From Haliotis rufescens (lineage: Eukaryota): a stretch of DNA of 64,000 nt. A model generated the notes under the pieces. That model worked only from the letters and a program-made list of their open reading frames with translations. It searched no databases and was not told the DNA's origin. Below are positions 12,168-24,288 of this stretch, piece after piece (positions within the stretch are counted from its first letter, which is position 1; each line of letters opens with the position of its first letter). The DNA lies in contig NW_025964223.1 of the NCBI RefSeq assembly GCF_023055435.1, positions 36,828,001 to 36,892,000 of the forward strand, in the 5' to 3' direction. A program made the position numbers and the translations under genes.

Positions 12168-14040
12168 TCATCTCCGGAGGGGGCCCCTTCCGCGACTGCT
12201 TCTTCCTTTGCTAACACCTCTCTGTGAAGTGGGATAATCCTCTTTGGAGTTCCTGTACCTGGGTTGATATGATCTGTACTTCTGCATAGAGGGACGAAAA
12301 GAATCCCGGCCAGACTTGACACGTCGACGTCTAGGATTCTGTTGGTGACGAATCTCTGTAGGCCGTCTATGCAAACTGGAGGCTAACGATATGGTGGATT
12401 CTTGAAATTTCTGACTGGTAGAAGAGGCAATGGCTTCCTTCACTGATTCCATTCTACCGTTGAACATCTTAGGTGAAGTAATAGACTGTGCCATCAATGA
12501 GTTCTTTAACGGTTCTGGTATAGCATGATTAATTTGATGTATTAAGTGTTTTCTTTGCATGGTCAGAAACTGTGCTGACATCCATACCTGTGAAGTTTGT
12601 AGTTCCTCCGGCATCCTCAGTATGTGGTCCAATGAAGTGTGTATGAACCGAGCCTCGTGATGTGACATCTCCAAGGGAGCGTCTAATGGTAGATCAGTGG
12701 TCTGGTTGTACGAGGGTAAAGATTGGCGAATGCCCGCTGCTAACCAGTTAATGTAAGAGCTGACATTAATCATCTGTTTGTTGATTTTGTCTAAGTACTT
12801 GGATTTTGGACATTTCTGTGCGCATCATGGGGTTAGGTTTCTTAACCAACTCATGGTATTCATCATCAATGCTAATCTGTTCTGCAAAGGTATCATCATG
12901 AATTTGTACGCATATTTGTTGTACGTAGACCTCAATTTTGAGCTAGCGCCCGTAGTAAAATTCAAAGAATTTTCTTTTTCTTGATAACGTCTTCCATATA
13001 GGATGGACGGGGAAGGGTATGGTGTTCTACAGTCTCCCTGCCGGGCTCCTCATACCCTGCACGTTCTAACAAGGGTTTAGTAGTCTTATCCTTTTCTGGT
13101 TTTAGTGACGGCATTAACTCATAAAGTTCAGCAACGATGTCTTTAAGAGAATAATTGTTAGGTCTGAATTCATCATCAATAGTAGTGTCCCCATAGCTTG
13201 AAAAGTCAGTAAGACCTAAAGACCCGCACCCCCTATTCTGATAGCGCTGGGGGTGAGACGAATGGCTAGAGGTTGCGTAATCCCGACTGCCGGACCTACT
13301 AGAAGCTGAGTGGGAGTCACGTGTTCTGTAAGTGGAGGAAGGTGACGTAATCCTTGTCTCGCTTTCTCTGTCCCTTGATCTGGATTTAGATACCGTATGG
13401 GAAGGCGAACGCCTAGGTTTTCTATGCTGATATGCACAGTCTATGTCAGATCTTTTGTCATAGGAGCAAGAGGGAGATTGATGTTTATCTCTATGCATTG
13501 TCCGTGATTCACGGTGCGCCCTATGATGTTCATGGTAGAGAGATAATCTCTGATACTCTCTGTCTCTATGAATGACTCTCCTATTGTCCTCATAATCTGA
13601 TTTAACGTAGCCTTGTGTATTTCTGCTGTATGAAGGTGTGCTCTCATAAACAGCTTAAGATCTTTGTCTAAATTCATTATCAACCCTTGATTGGCCATGC
13701 CGGGTTTGAGACACAGAATCTTTTAGCTCTGATATTTCTTGAGCCATAGATTGCATTCGATTGCCAATCATAACAGACATTGAATTAGTTAACTTGTCCC
13801 TGAACTCATTTAAGTTAAAGGGGTGACGCGGCAGAGGGGGAACGTCGTTTTTACGACGATCGGCCATGCCTAACGCCGCTGGATGTAAGTTAGAGAGATC
13901 TTCGAACTCGGTAAAATACATCTGCTCCTTAACTTTGGGTGAGTGGGATGAGGCACAAGGTCTTTTAACCTCATCTTCTCGCGACACTCTCTTGTCACCC
14001 ACGTGATCAAAAACCTCCGATGGTTTAATCACTATCCTTT
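12168..14040 (-). pseudogene. DIRS gag-like ORF, fragmented
   Basis: ORF pieces 13655-14032, 12962-13498 (Ser/Arg-rich) and 12168-12773 lie upstream of the RT inside the ITRs; assigned by position. Confidence 0.7.
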
Positions 14041-14440
14041 TAATAGAAGTAGAAGCTCTAGTACACTTTTTATAGTCCGGATTATTGGCTCATGCCTTGG
14101 AGAGCTTATCAATTTTTTTCTTTTGATAGAGGCTCGCAGTAGGTGCATCTAGACTTCTGTGTACAGCTGCTTTCCTTGCAAGCAAGACATCTGGAGTGAG
14201 GGTCACCAGGGACTTGGTGTTGGCCACAGCCCGAACAGACGGGATCTCATCCCCCAACACTTCTTATAAACTAATTACTTACGAGATCGTCTGATCTTCT
14301 TATACCCCCGTTCTAGTAGAACTGTTCACTGCTTGCAGACTGTGATTCTTGAAGATCAATGTGCTAAGTAGTGTGGAACTCAATCACGTGTACTGATGTG
14401 CAACCAAAATATTTTTCCTTGTTGTCATCAGGACACACAG

Positions 14441-14621
14441 GAAAAGAAGTGACTAGATTCCCGCTTTGCGCATGCGCGGCAGCGTCCATGGCAAGTGATA
14501 GGGTTTTCCTCACAACTATGGATATGTTGGCAGTGTAGTGGACGTCTGTTGAAAATTTATAACAAATTACAGTGTGGTTCTCAGCATAAACAGGAATTTA
14601 TGGCAATGATGTGATAGAGGT
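14441..14621. repeat. DIRS copy 1, 5' inverted terminal repeat
   Basis: Reverse complement of 6487-6667. Confidence 0.93.
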
Positions 14622-15345
14622 GTAGTATTTTGCAAGAATTATGCCGAGTTCAAGAGTAAAGTGTCTGATCTGAAACAACGCTCCTGTATTTATTCTTCCT
14701 TGAGAATTCACAGGGTTTTCCCCGTGAATGTGGATGTAGTCTGTCAGTGTTTACATCAACTCAAAACGTTTCATGCAAAACGTCAAAATGTATCGTTCAT
14801 ACAGCACTCGGGACAGATGTTCAGTTTTTCACAGATTGTAAATATCGATCTAATTAAAATCAGATCTGAGAACATCCCATTACTGGTCATGGTCACCAGC
14901 CATACTGAAAAAAAGTGAATGAAATGTGGTACGTGTGTAGTTCGTAAATGGGCTCAAGATGTTTGTTCGTTTTGTGCATATGTTAAACTTTGACCTTGTT
15001 TTGACCAAGCTGTAAAATTCTCTCAAAGGCATATTGGCTCTGTCAACTTCTCTCTTGAAAGTGGTGACAGACTGAGAGGAAGCTGAACTGGGGCATGTTT
15101 CTTCTTTTTCTTTCTCATTTTGATCAATTCATTATATTTTCATGTTTTGTTTTTTAGTTCTCCATAAAAATGCAGGATATGTTTGAATATACGCTGACAG
15201 ACATGTATATTTTAAGTTGACAAATTAAAGAGAGTTACAGTGCCCATGGCACTATTTTATAAATATTTTAGTCATGGATATACGATATACCTTCTACATA
15301 CATTCATACAAAATGTCAACTTCATCCATACAGATTTCAGGCCAG

Positions 15346-15487
15346 GTGAACTAAAATCTTGGAAAGACTTCCGATCGTTTCCCCCCCTAAAAAGTTGAAT
15401 ATATCATATGCATTGCCGCTCAATCCTTTTAGTTATATATATTTTGAGGGGGCATACGGGCGGAAGTCATACCAAAATCCAGTTCAC
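15346..15487. mobile_element. Short MITE-like inverted repeat
   Basis: gtgaactaaaatcttggaaagacttccgatcgtttcccccctaaaa imperfectly matches the reverse complement of 15442-15487. Confidence 0.6.
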
Positions 15488-16204
15488 ATACTTTTGTATA
15501 AAATTGTTAATTAGTGAGTGCTGGACTATTTTGTGTGTGGATAATCTTGATGTGTTGTCTATCGTAGTCTGCTGGCACCTTCTATTTTCACTACATACAT
15601 TGAAACTTAAAAGTTGACCTGTGAATCTTGGCATGCTTGTTTTTAACTATTAACCTTTGCATAGAATTTGTGCAAAAGTTGCAAGCATGAGGTTAAACGT
15701 TTAATAAAAATTCTGAAAGGTCTCGCTGGAATTTGACTGCTGCTACATTTAAAAACTATAATACTCCTTTATATTTGATTTACAAGCTACACTGATAACT
15801 ATGAACATTTACTGTAGGCCAATGCACCTATACATAGCCTTAGGGAGGGCCATTGAAGTTGTAGGTACTTGTGAGACCTTCATTACACTGTTTAAGGTCA
15901 TGCTTAATGTTATTGGAGTGATTTTGTCTCTGAGATTGTACTTCAATAACAATCGTTCGAGTAATCTTCACTTTTGATAAAGGTACTTTATGTGAAAGCA
16001 CAAGATTAGTCTCTCTCTCTCTCTCTCGTAAAAACGAAAATGACATATACTACACATTGGAAGAAGGCCACATCACTGACCTGTGTTTACATGTACTACT
16101 GTTTTCATAAGAAGTACGTTTTCATTACACAAATATTCAACTAGGAAATGGGACTGTTCTAAGGTTGTGCCAAAGTTGCCGGTGTTTTTTATAAGTGAGA
16201 TCAA

Positions 16205-16405
16205 TCGGTGAAAAACTGATCCCCTGCAGCCTGTGCTGGGCGTAACTTAATGGATCAGATGGTGACGGGTCAGGCTCAGTGACTTTCATCAATCACTGGA
16301 CCGTCTGGTCCAGATTTGGTTATTTACAGGTGGCAGTCTTATTGTTGGAATATTAACTATTGCTTGAATATTGCCGAGTGTGGCGTTAAACAACAAAGAA
16401 ACCAA
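16205..16405 (+). mobile_element. Degenerate short retroposon (family B)
   Basis: Shares gtcaggctc, caatcactgga, gtctggtccaga and the tail gaatattgccgagtgtggcgttaaacaacaaa with the 17489 copy. Confidence 0.7.
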
Positions 16406-16603
16406 CACATGAAAGGTAAGAGAGCGAATGTCATGTCCCACTTGTCAAGCATTAGCATCTGTGAGACAGTTCTCTTCTGAAACCACTTGACCAGCTTGAC
16501 TTGCTTATTCCCACCAATGATGACACCAGAATTTGTTCCATTGTTTCAAATCCCATCTTGAAACTGGTTGCCAAAACAAACATGTAGAGCCATTATTCGG
16601 CCA

Positions 16604-16795
16604 ATTTTTAGCTAACCTGACTGAGGTCAAGTAATGTCATGTCATGGCCTGACGGGCACCAGTAGTCCTCGCGAAAACATCTCATACACCACTGAACCAA
16701 TGAAGCTGAAATTTCACATACTTGTTTCCATCAATGCTGTCACTTGAATTTGTTCAATTGGTTCGACTCCGACATGGCAGCCATATTGAAAACAA
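16604..16795. mobile_element. Probable Helentron-type non-autonomous fragment
   Basis: tttttagctaacctga terminus followed by accactgaaccaatgaagctgaaatttcacat and catggcagccatattgaaa; the inverse motif set is at 21360-22090. Family call from memory. Confidence 0.45.
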
Positions 16796-17158
16796 CTATT
16801 TAAAGCCATTACCCGGTCATTATTGTGTACACAGTGTAATTAAGTTTGTCACATTTGAAGTAATAGTGGGATTAAACTATGTTCCGCATTATATAGGACT
16901 GATATATTGTATAATGACTAACAATAAACGCTAACTAGGTTTGTATGCAGTCAATTCTTTCTAAATATGCACACATTCCTTCTGACTTTTAGATATTTGA
17001 ATAAAGATAAAGATTCAGTCAACTTCAGTGTAGGCATGATAAGAGCCTTTCTAAGAGCTTACAATGTGTCTTTGTATCTAAATACTTTCTGCCAAGGCTC
17101 CGGTTCCAAATCGAACATTTTGTACCCAATCACACATGGCATCAACGTATAATTCATA

Positions 17159-17326
17159 GTGAGTGAGTTAGTTGGGTTTAGCGCCGCTTTTAACAGTATT
17201 CCAGTTATATCGCGGTGTGTCAGCTTAATGTGTGAGGAAAGCCCGAAGTGATGCAGGTCTCAGACGTTCACCACTTCGGTTAAACCCACGAGCACGGGTG
17301 TGGTGCTGACAAACCTAGAAACATAA
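17159..17326 (-). mobile_element. 5'-truncated SINE (family C)
   Basis: 12-bp TSD gtataattcata at 17147-17158 and 17327-17338; aligns with 22497-22665. Confidence 0.88.
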
Positions 17327-17488
17327 GTATAATTCATATGTAAAACATGGGAGACATGTATACTTTAGGCATCAATTGAATTTGTTCCCCTGAAATGAAA
17401 AGCCACTTCCATATCTAAACATATATACACTGGGGCTTGTACCTACCAAGTGCCTATATATCTTGATATAACAGGTACCCAAAATAAG

Positions 17489-18218
17489 ACCCGTGAAGAT
17501 CCGGGGTAGAATAGGCCTTCAGCAACCCATGCTTGACGACTTGTCGTAAGATGCGACTAACCGGATCAGGTGGTCAGGCTCGCTGACTTGGTTGATGCAC
17601 GTCATCGTATCCCAATTGCGTGGATCGATGTTCATGTTGTCAATCACTGGATTTGTCTGGTCCAGACTCGATTATTTACAGACCGTCATATATCTGGAAT
17701 ATTGCTGAGTGCGGCATTAGGCCAGTAAACACAGTGCTGATTTTTGCTCCCGTTTGAGATCAGACAGCGCCACGACACGAAAAGTGAAAAAGTCGGATTA
17801 CTGTCCTCAATGATCTGGAATGTCCTATCATTGTCTGAACGCAGTCGTATACGTTCGTAACAGAGTCCTGGGGATCAGGAAAGGTCCAGAGAGGTCGCCA
17901 AGCTCTCCCGACAGCATGGTGCGTCTTTGTCGGTTAACTGTCCGGTCACTCCCTGATCTCTGTCGGGTCGCATTCGGTCGTTTTTCACCATGTGGAAGAT
18001 ACAGATCGGATCAGATTCGGATTGAGAACGGGAGAATAGGGACGAATTCGGCTGGAAACGTTTCCTGAACAATATCTGATTGTGAATTTCCCGCCACGAA
18101 TCACAGGATCTTGATCAGACTTTTGACAATTTTTAATCGGGAGTGGTCCTATCAAGGACGGCAGTAAAAATCCTGAATGTGTGACTGAGCCCTTAAACAC
18201 GAAACAAAACAAACCAAT
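17489..18218 (+). mobile_element. Short retroposon family B (non-tRNA head), tail interrupted by a MITE
   Basis: acccgtgaagatccggggtagaatagg...ctggaatattgctgagtgcggcatta|aacacgaaacaaaac; possible TSD aaataag. Confidence 0.8.
17720..18192. mobile_element. PIF/Harbinger-type MITE
   Basis: TTA duplicated at 17717-17719 and 18193-18195; imperfect TIRs ggccagtaaacacag...gatttttg / gggctcagtcacacat...gattttta. Confidence 0.7.
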
Positions 18219-19264
18219 AAATAAGGAAAGAAATTTTATAGTTGAAATAGGAAAAAGATATAATCTAATATCATGTTATTTTAGTTGTTGCTTGTAGCAT
18301 ATATTTAAAATATTTGGTATATTAGCCGTAATTGTTTAGGTATGAAACAGTTTTGTTGAGGCACCGTACGAGATCAACCAATCAGCGATCGCAACATGAC
18401 GGTTACCTGCGTTTTTATCTTTTTGTATTGTGAACAAAATATTGAAATACAATGTATGACATTTTAAGCGTCAAAGTATGACATCTATGATGAATGTATC
18501 CATCATCTGACAACTACATGGTTTGTTTCAAGGCGTCAAAATCGGTTTCCTGATTGTGGTTGCTACAAATGACTGTGAATTCTTGCTATCGGCCGATTAC
18601 TTCACCACAATTTTGCTGAAATTAAATTTAAAATTTAAAATAAATTGAAAACCAAAAGCCAGATACACATTAGTATAATAGACAGGATCTTGTGTGGATT
18701 TTTTGATACTTTAAACGTTTGTGCACGCACGCGGTAGAGTCTTTGCTTTGGAGGGGATCAACACTCATTGTCTTCATGTATACTGAGCACCCATGCACAC
18801 AGCTGTACCTTTTGTACTGTGCAGTATTTATTTGTGATCTGAATATGGACAATGTACTTCGAAGACAGAGGGTAAGCGTCTATCTACGTGAGAGAAGGAC
18901 GTTAAAAGTAAACAGAATTGTGTTGTTTGGGTGTTTTTATTCATCTTGTAGATTGACATACAATATTTATACAATCATTGTATTCACACCACTCGTTTTC
19001 TAAAAAGGTACTAATGAGTTAAGTAGAATTTTTTTGTGAAAAATTTAAACTGGCCAGTATTATTTGACTAGTCCACGAATATACTTTTGAATTTCCTCGC
19101 ACTACAAACGTCCTCCCTGAAATTGCCAGTCTAAGGAAGCGGTAGTTTGGCATGTATATTAACGGGAAAAAAGTAACTGTGGTTCATATTAAGTGGTGGA
19201 AATGTTACGTTATTTAAAAACGTTGGTCATTTGTCTCAATAGTTTATCATAACAATTTCATTGA

Positions 19265-19895
19265 CAAAACCTCATACCTTGTAACATGATACAGAGCCAC
19301 GCGCCCTAAAAGAGGGGTGGTGTAACAACTCAATTAACAATGTCAGTATGGAGAGTGACCACCATTTGCCTTGACACAGTCGAGGCAGCAGCGGGGCATT
19401 GCAAGACACCAGATGATTGAAAACAGCCAGGATGATGTTGTTCCAAATGTCAACAAAATATTGGCCCAACTGAGTTAGTGTTACAGTCCTGCTGTAGGTG
19501 TCTTCAATCTCATCCCAGACATGTTCTATAGGGGAAAGGTCTGAAGAAACAGACGACCATGGCAGTTCAACAATGTTATGCTGCCTCAAAAAGTCTGCTA
19601 CAACACATGCAACATGTGAGCGGTCATTATCCTTTTGCAACCTGACGTCCCTGCATTTGCACAAAGGGTAGAAGATGATCTCGAACGGATTGTACGTAGT
19701 AGGTAATTCAAATTGTCATTAACAAACACACTGAGTAAAGCAAGCGTCCCTAAACCGTTCTCCTGCGCACATGTAGTCTCTTGCCTGACCATCAGAGCTG
19801 TCCAGAAACCTGGACTAATCTGTGAACAGCATACTGTGCCAGTCTTGTCTTCTGAAACTCAGATGCTGCCTGACGGCGACATGGAAGCAAAGTAA
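19265..19895 (-). pseudogene. Old Tc1 transposase remnant
   Basis: LQKDNDRSH...LPWSSVSSDLSPIEHVWDEI with frameshifts and deletions. Confidence 0.8.
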
Positions 19896-19898
19896 CTC

Positions 19899-19976
19899 CG
19901 GAATTCCAGCCTAGTTCGGCAAGGGTGGAAACTGGACTTTTTAATCTGTTAACACCCTTGCCTCAGGGAAATGGCC
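19899..19976. mobile_element. Solo TIR of the MITE family at 23798 and 56521
   Basis: aattccagcctagttcggcaagggtggaaactggactttt...cccttgcctcagggaaatgg matches 56961-57035. Confidence 0.8.
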
Positions 19977-19977
19977 T

Positions 19978-20141
19978 GTAAATGGTCAAGTGTGAACCAG
20001 ATTGATATAGTGAGCAACAATCCACACCATCTGGGTATGATGACACACAATCACCAAGTCTGACCACCTGATCCATTTGGTTGCCTATTACAACCAGCAT
20101 AGGTTACAGGAGACCTATTCTATCACAGAATCCCTACAGTG
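19978..20141 (-). mobile_element. Degenerate family B retroposon
   Basis: Reverse complement reads tagaataggtc...ctatgctggttgtaataggcaaccaaatggatcaggtggtcag, matching 17509-17580. Confidence 0.7.
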
Positions 20142-21359
20142 TCTTCCCCTACAATAGGCTGATATTACTGACATGTGCTGAGGCATTACTTCAAATGTGG
20201 GAAATTTTCATTACCAGAAAACAAATATGAAACAGGTAAATTAATTTGAACACAGTTTTGTTTACAATCTAAAGCTAAGAAGCTACTTTGTCAGTATAAT
20301 TTGTGATACAATTTGTGATTATCAGTGTGCAACAGCTATTAGTGGGATTTCCATGAAGTCAATGCAGCTGGAACACTGCAGAATGCAGAAGGACCTGGAT
20401 GCCAAGGTTTTCTTACACTTCTGAAAAGCCATGAAAATGACAAATACTATCCAAAACACATGAGGATTCCATTTCCATGGATTATTTTATTGAAAGCACC
20501 TGCCACGGTGGAGGAGGATGGGAGCCAGGAGGAGCCATTGTAAGTGTCAGTTTATTGGCAACCAAAACAATGAGGCTTTAGCAGACATAGTCAACCCGAT
20601 AGCAACACATACAAACATGTGTTAACTTGTTAAGTTTCAAAATGTTAGGACCTATGTACATAGATGGCACAACACACAAATCTGTTGAATTGATTTACTG
20701 TCAAATGGTCCATAAATCGTGACACACTGAAAAGGCTAAAAGTAAATCCTTTTCTCATCTGATTGGTGTTGTTTGTTGTACTGTAGATAAATAACCTTTG
20801 ATTTTGATGAATTACATTTTTCAATAATTTCAGAACATATTTTTTATGCCATTGTGTCCATTTCCTACATCTGAGAGATGAGTGCATGACTCTTTGCAAA
20901 ATCAGCAATAATGCTATTTCACAGTTCATTGTTTTCCAGAAACATCACACACTGCATATTTCCTCTAGTGAGATGTGGTTCCTATGGAAAAGGTGACATT
21001 ATTCTTCCCTCTTTGCATAACAAAGCAGCCTCTACAGTAAATAGGAAGAAAATGCAAGCATTCAAATCATACTGAAATAGGCCCCATTTCAGCAAGTGAT
21101 GAAGTTCTATGAAGTTCTATGAAGTTCACCATTTCTTTGACATAACCTACTGTAGCCAAAGAATCATTGTCACCAACGTTGATGCATTAGCCAAATGATG
21201 GCAAACATAACACATGTTTGAAAGAGTAAATTTACTCCAACATTACTGCAAAAGGCTTGACTATTGTCATTCAACATAATTGAAGGGTCACACTAAAATC
21301 ATTTATTGAGTCTGAATTAACACTTCATGATTGGTTCCAATTCTTACAATTTGAAAGCT

Positions 21360-22090
21360 AGTGAAAAGGGCACTGTAGCTCACCTGGATATGTAGTCAAC
21401 AGCTAAAATTGTCGAAGATAGACACTTATTGAAAATCAGATTTGAACCTCTTAAACAGATTGATGTTTTCTCATTGGTGGAAACAAGCATGTGAAGTTTC
21501 ACCTTCATTCGTCCAGTGGTTCTGAGGAAATAATGTTTACAATGAATGAATGCTTTTTCATAGAAACATAAATACCATCACAGCCTTATTAAAATGGTTT
21601 ACAATGAAGGAAATACATTTGGAGAGAATTTAAGAACATGTTCAAAATGTTGCAAAAACCCCGAACATGTGTTGAGCCCACCTTCTAATGATACATATAT
21701 ACCACATATTATTACATTTGGAACAAAAATGGAAGTGTGATGGCTGTAAGAAGTTTAGTGTTTAGTATGATCGCTGTGCAAAGGTCTTAATGAGGGTTAA
21801 AAAAAAAAAATATATTGGATAAAAATGAACACATATGGTGAGCCCTACTACTAACTACAGTACACATATACTTTCATTACATTACATTTTAACAATAATG
21901 TTTTTCAACACGTAATGGCCATATATATTTTCTTCAATATGGCTACTGTGAAAATTGGGTGTGTGATCATCGGTGGGAAGTACTATATGACATTTAGCTT
22001 CTGTGGTTCAGTGGCTTCTGATGAGAAGATGTTTATGACACACAGGCCACCACATAAGCTCACTTGACTTTCATTCAGGTGAACAACAAG
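21360..22090. mobile_element. Probable degenerate Helentron-type element
   Basis: Starts gggcactgtagctcacctg, has internal cagtggttctgagga / cagtggcttctgatgagaagatgttt cores, ends agctcacttgactttcattcaggtgaac. Family call from memory. Confidence 0.45.
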
Positions 22091-22496
22091 TTTAAGATGT
22101 CTGATAAAATATGCACAAATACTGCCTGGCTAAAAGTCGCATAATGTCTGTTTGGGTAAAGTGATGTGAATAAAATACCATTACTTGTACAATGCACAAA
22201 TAAGAAGGTCAGTGCTTATTAGTAAAATATACTCCAGTAAAATAATCAACTCACAATAAATTATCACAATATATTTTCATCTTGCTTTGATCAAGTAAAT
22301 CGCATAACAAAGATAAATAGTAACAAATCTGTTCAGCAAGTGCTTACTGCCTGAAAGCTGACACAGAGGTGTGGAATCCCCTGAACTAAACCAAATCAGT
22401 ATGTACAAGAGCAGCCGACACTGCAGGTTCCTCAATGTATTTGACTTTCACTATGTGACATCAAATAATCTATGCCAGCTCTACATGCATGTAGCA

Positions 22497-22756
22497 GAGT
22501 GAGTGAGTGAATTGGGTTTAACACCCCTTTGAACAGTATTCCAGGTATATCACGGGGTGTCAGCTTATTGGTGGAGGACAGGTCAAAGTGATGCAGGTCT
22601 TAGACATTTACCACTTTGGTGAAACCCACGAGCTTGGGTATGGTGCTGACACACCTAGAAACATATGGTAATCGAGGTGAACCAGGATTCGAACCCACAA
22701 TCATAGGTTTCTGGCATGCCCCAATGAGGTAACTCAACACTGCCACCCATGCTCCC
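22497..22756 (-). mobile_element. tRNA-derived SINE (family C), near full length
   Basis: B box ggttcgaatcc, body shared with 17159-17326, (ACTC)n tail, imperfect TSD tgcatgtagca / tgcatgaagta. Confidence 0.82.
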
Positions 22757-22952
22757 TGCATGAAGTAGACATGGCACGGCATTCCTATACAAATCTCTTG
22801 TTACCACACTGCTAGTGCAATGCAAACCACACAAGCATTTATACAAAATGGCTATAAGGTTTTTATGAAAAGCTATTACAAAGAAATAAAAGTCCAGTCC
22901 TAAAACAAACCAGCTTGATTGATTTAAATATAACAATGGCACAAAATTTCGC

Positions 22953-23114
22953 ATAAGAAAACGTAGAACTTTTTGGATAACAACGTCTGGTTTATTGCAT
23001 ATAATGATGTTTTGCAGTTGATTCTTCCACCGTTATCAAGCTGGAGTGACTACAACCAAGTGAAACGTGCAATAAACCAGAAGTCCTTATCCATAAAGTT
23101 GTACGATTTCTTAT
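22953..23114. mobile_element. Inverted pair of Penelope-like pLTR tail fragments
   Basis: 22953-22999 and 23068-23114 are imperfect inverted repeats; the reverse complement of 22953-23040 aligns with the Penelope tail at 37426-37497. Confidence 0.65.
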
Positions 23115-23797
23115 TTACTCACCAACTTCTAGAATGACAATCAAACAAAACAATTTCACATATGTTAAGAAATGCTTCATTCCATATAGTCTAACAAAAG
23201 CATCAAAATTGTGCCAAGGAGCTGCATGTCCAATTAACTGGCATACACCTGTACACTTCAGGGCCACATGAAGCCTAGGCTGGTTGTGACTAGTTTGTAT
23301 AAAACCATGCTCCAGCAACAACAGACCTATTACACACGGTGCAGTGTATAATTTCTGGCATCACTACGAATTGGGTAAAAAATGACTGGCTTGGGCAGAT
23401 GCTGCTGGGTGCTGCAACCTATCAGGACCAACATCCAAAGCAAGTTTTAGAGAGCAACAACATAAGAGAGAACTAACACTGAGTACACAGTATCTTACTT
23501 CAAAGATGAAGACCAATCTTCTCCCTACCAATAACTTGCATATCTGCCTCTCCGATGTCAGTGTTAGGCAACACCAAAACTCCAATTCATTCAGCAAAGA
23601 AACATTCTTCAAAATAGTATACCTCACAAAATGAATACTGGTACAATTTTTTTTCACAACAATTTTTTTTGTCAACAACTGAATAGACAAATTGCATTGA
23701 TGTTCATATGTACACACATTATTCCTCTATAGGTTTAACATAAAGGAGACAAGAGGCACTTTAGATGAATAACCAACACTTCCTTCATAATCCAAAT

Positions 23798-24288
23798 ACC
23801 ATCTTCTCCAAGAAGGGAGATAACTGACTGTAAAAGTCCAGTTTCCAAACTAGGCTGGAATTTCTAAGCTCGATTGTAGCGCCACCAGTGGCTATTACGA
23901 GCTATGTCCCTTTTATGTCCCCCCTACTGCCCATTCAGATTCCATCTCTAATGTCACATGTATTTGCTTCAACTAAAATGGCGGCACCTAGTGAAGACGA
24001 TCTGATCCTTAATCAAGATCTACATTGTTATAAAATGTGTCTTACTTTGCGAGGTGCATCAAATCATGTGAGCACCTTGATTAAAAACATATTTTTTGGG
24101 GGAAAGTTGACAATGCACATGCTTTGCAAATCCTGCAATCAACCGAAATCTGCAATGCGATTTTGATTGGACTATGCATTGACACGTTACTGCAGCCAAA
24201 AGATAGCTCTATATTTCCAGCTTAGTTCGGCAAGGATGGAAACTGGAGTTTTATAGTCAGTGAACTCCCTTGCCTTGAGAAGATGTCC
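23798..24288. mobile_element. MITE with about 70-bp TIRs
   Basis: accatcttctccaagaagggag...aaaagtccagtttcca inverted at the right end; collinear with 56521-57035. Confidence 0.85.

Larger units (their letters stand above)
6445..14642 (-). mobile_element. DIRS1-like tyrosine-recombinase retrotransposon (copy 1), both ends intact, coding region degraded and split by a hAT fragment
   Basis: About 180-bp ITRs (6487-6667 / 14441-14621), unmatched terminal extensions, ICR at 6726-6822, gene order gag - RT - RNase H - MT - YR. Confidence 0.95.
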
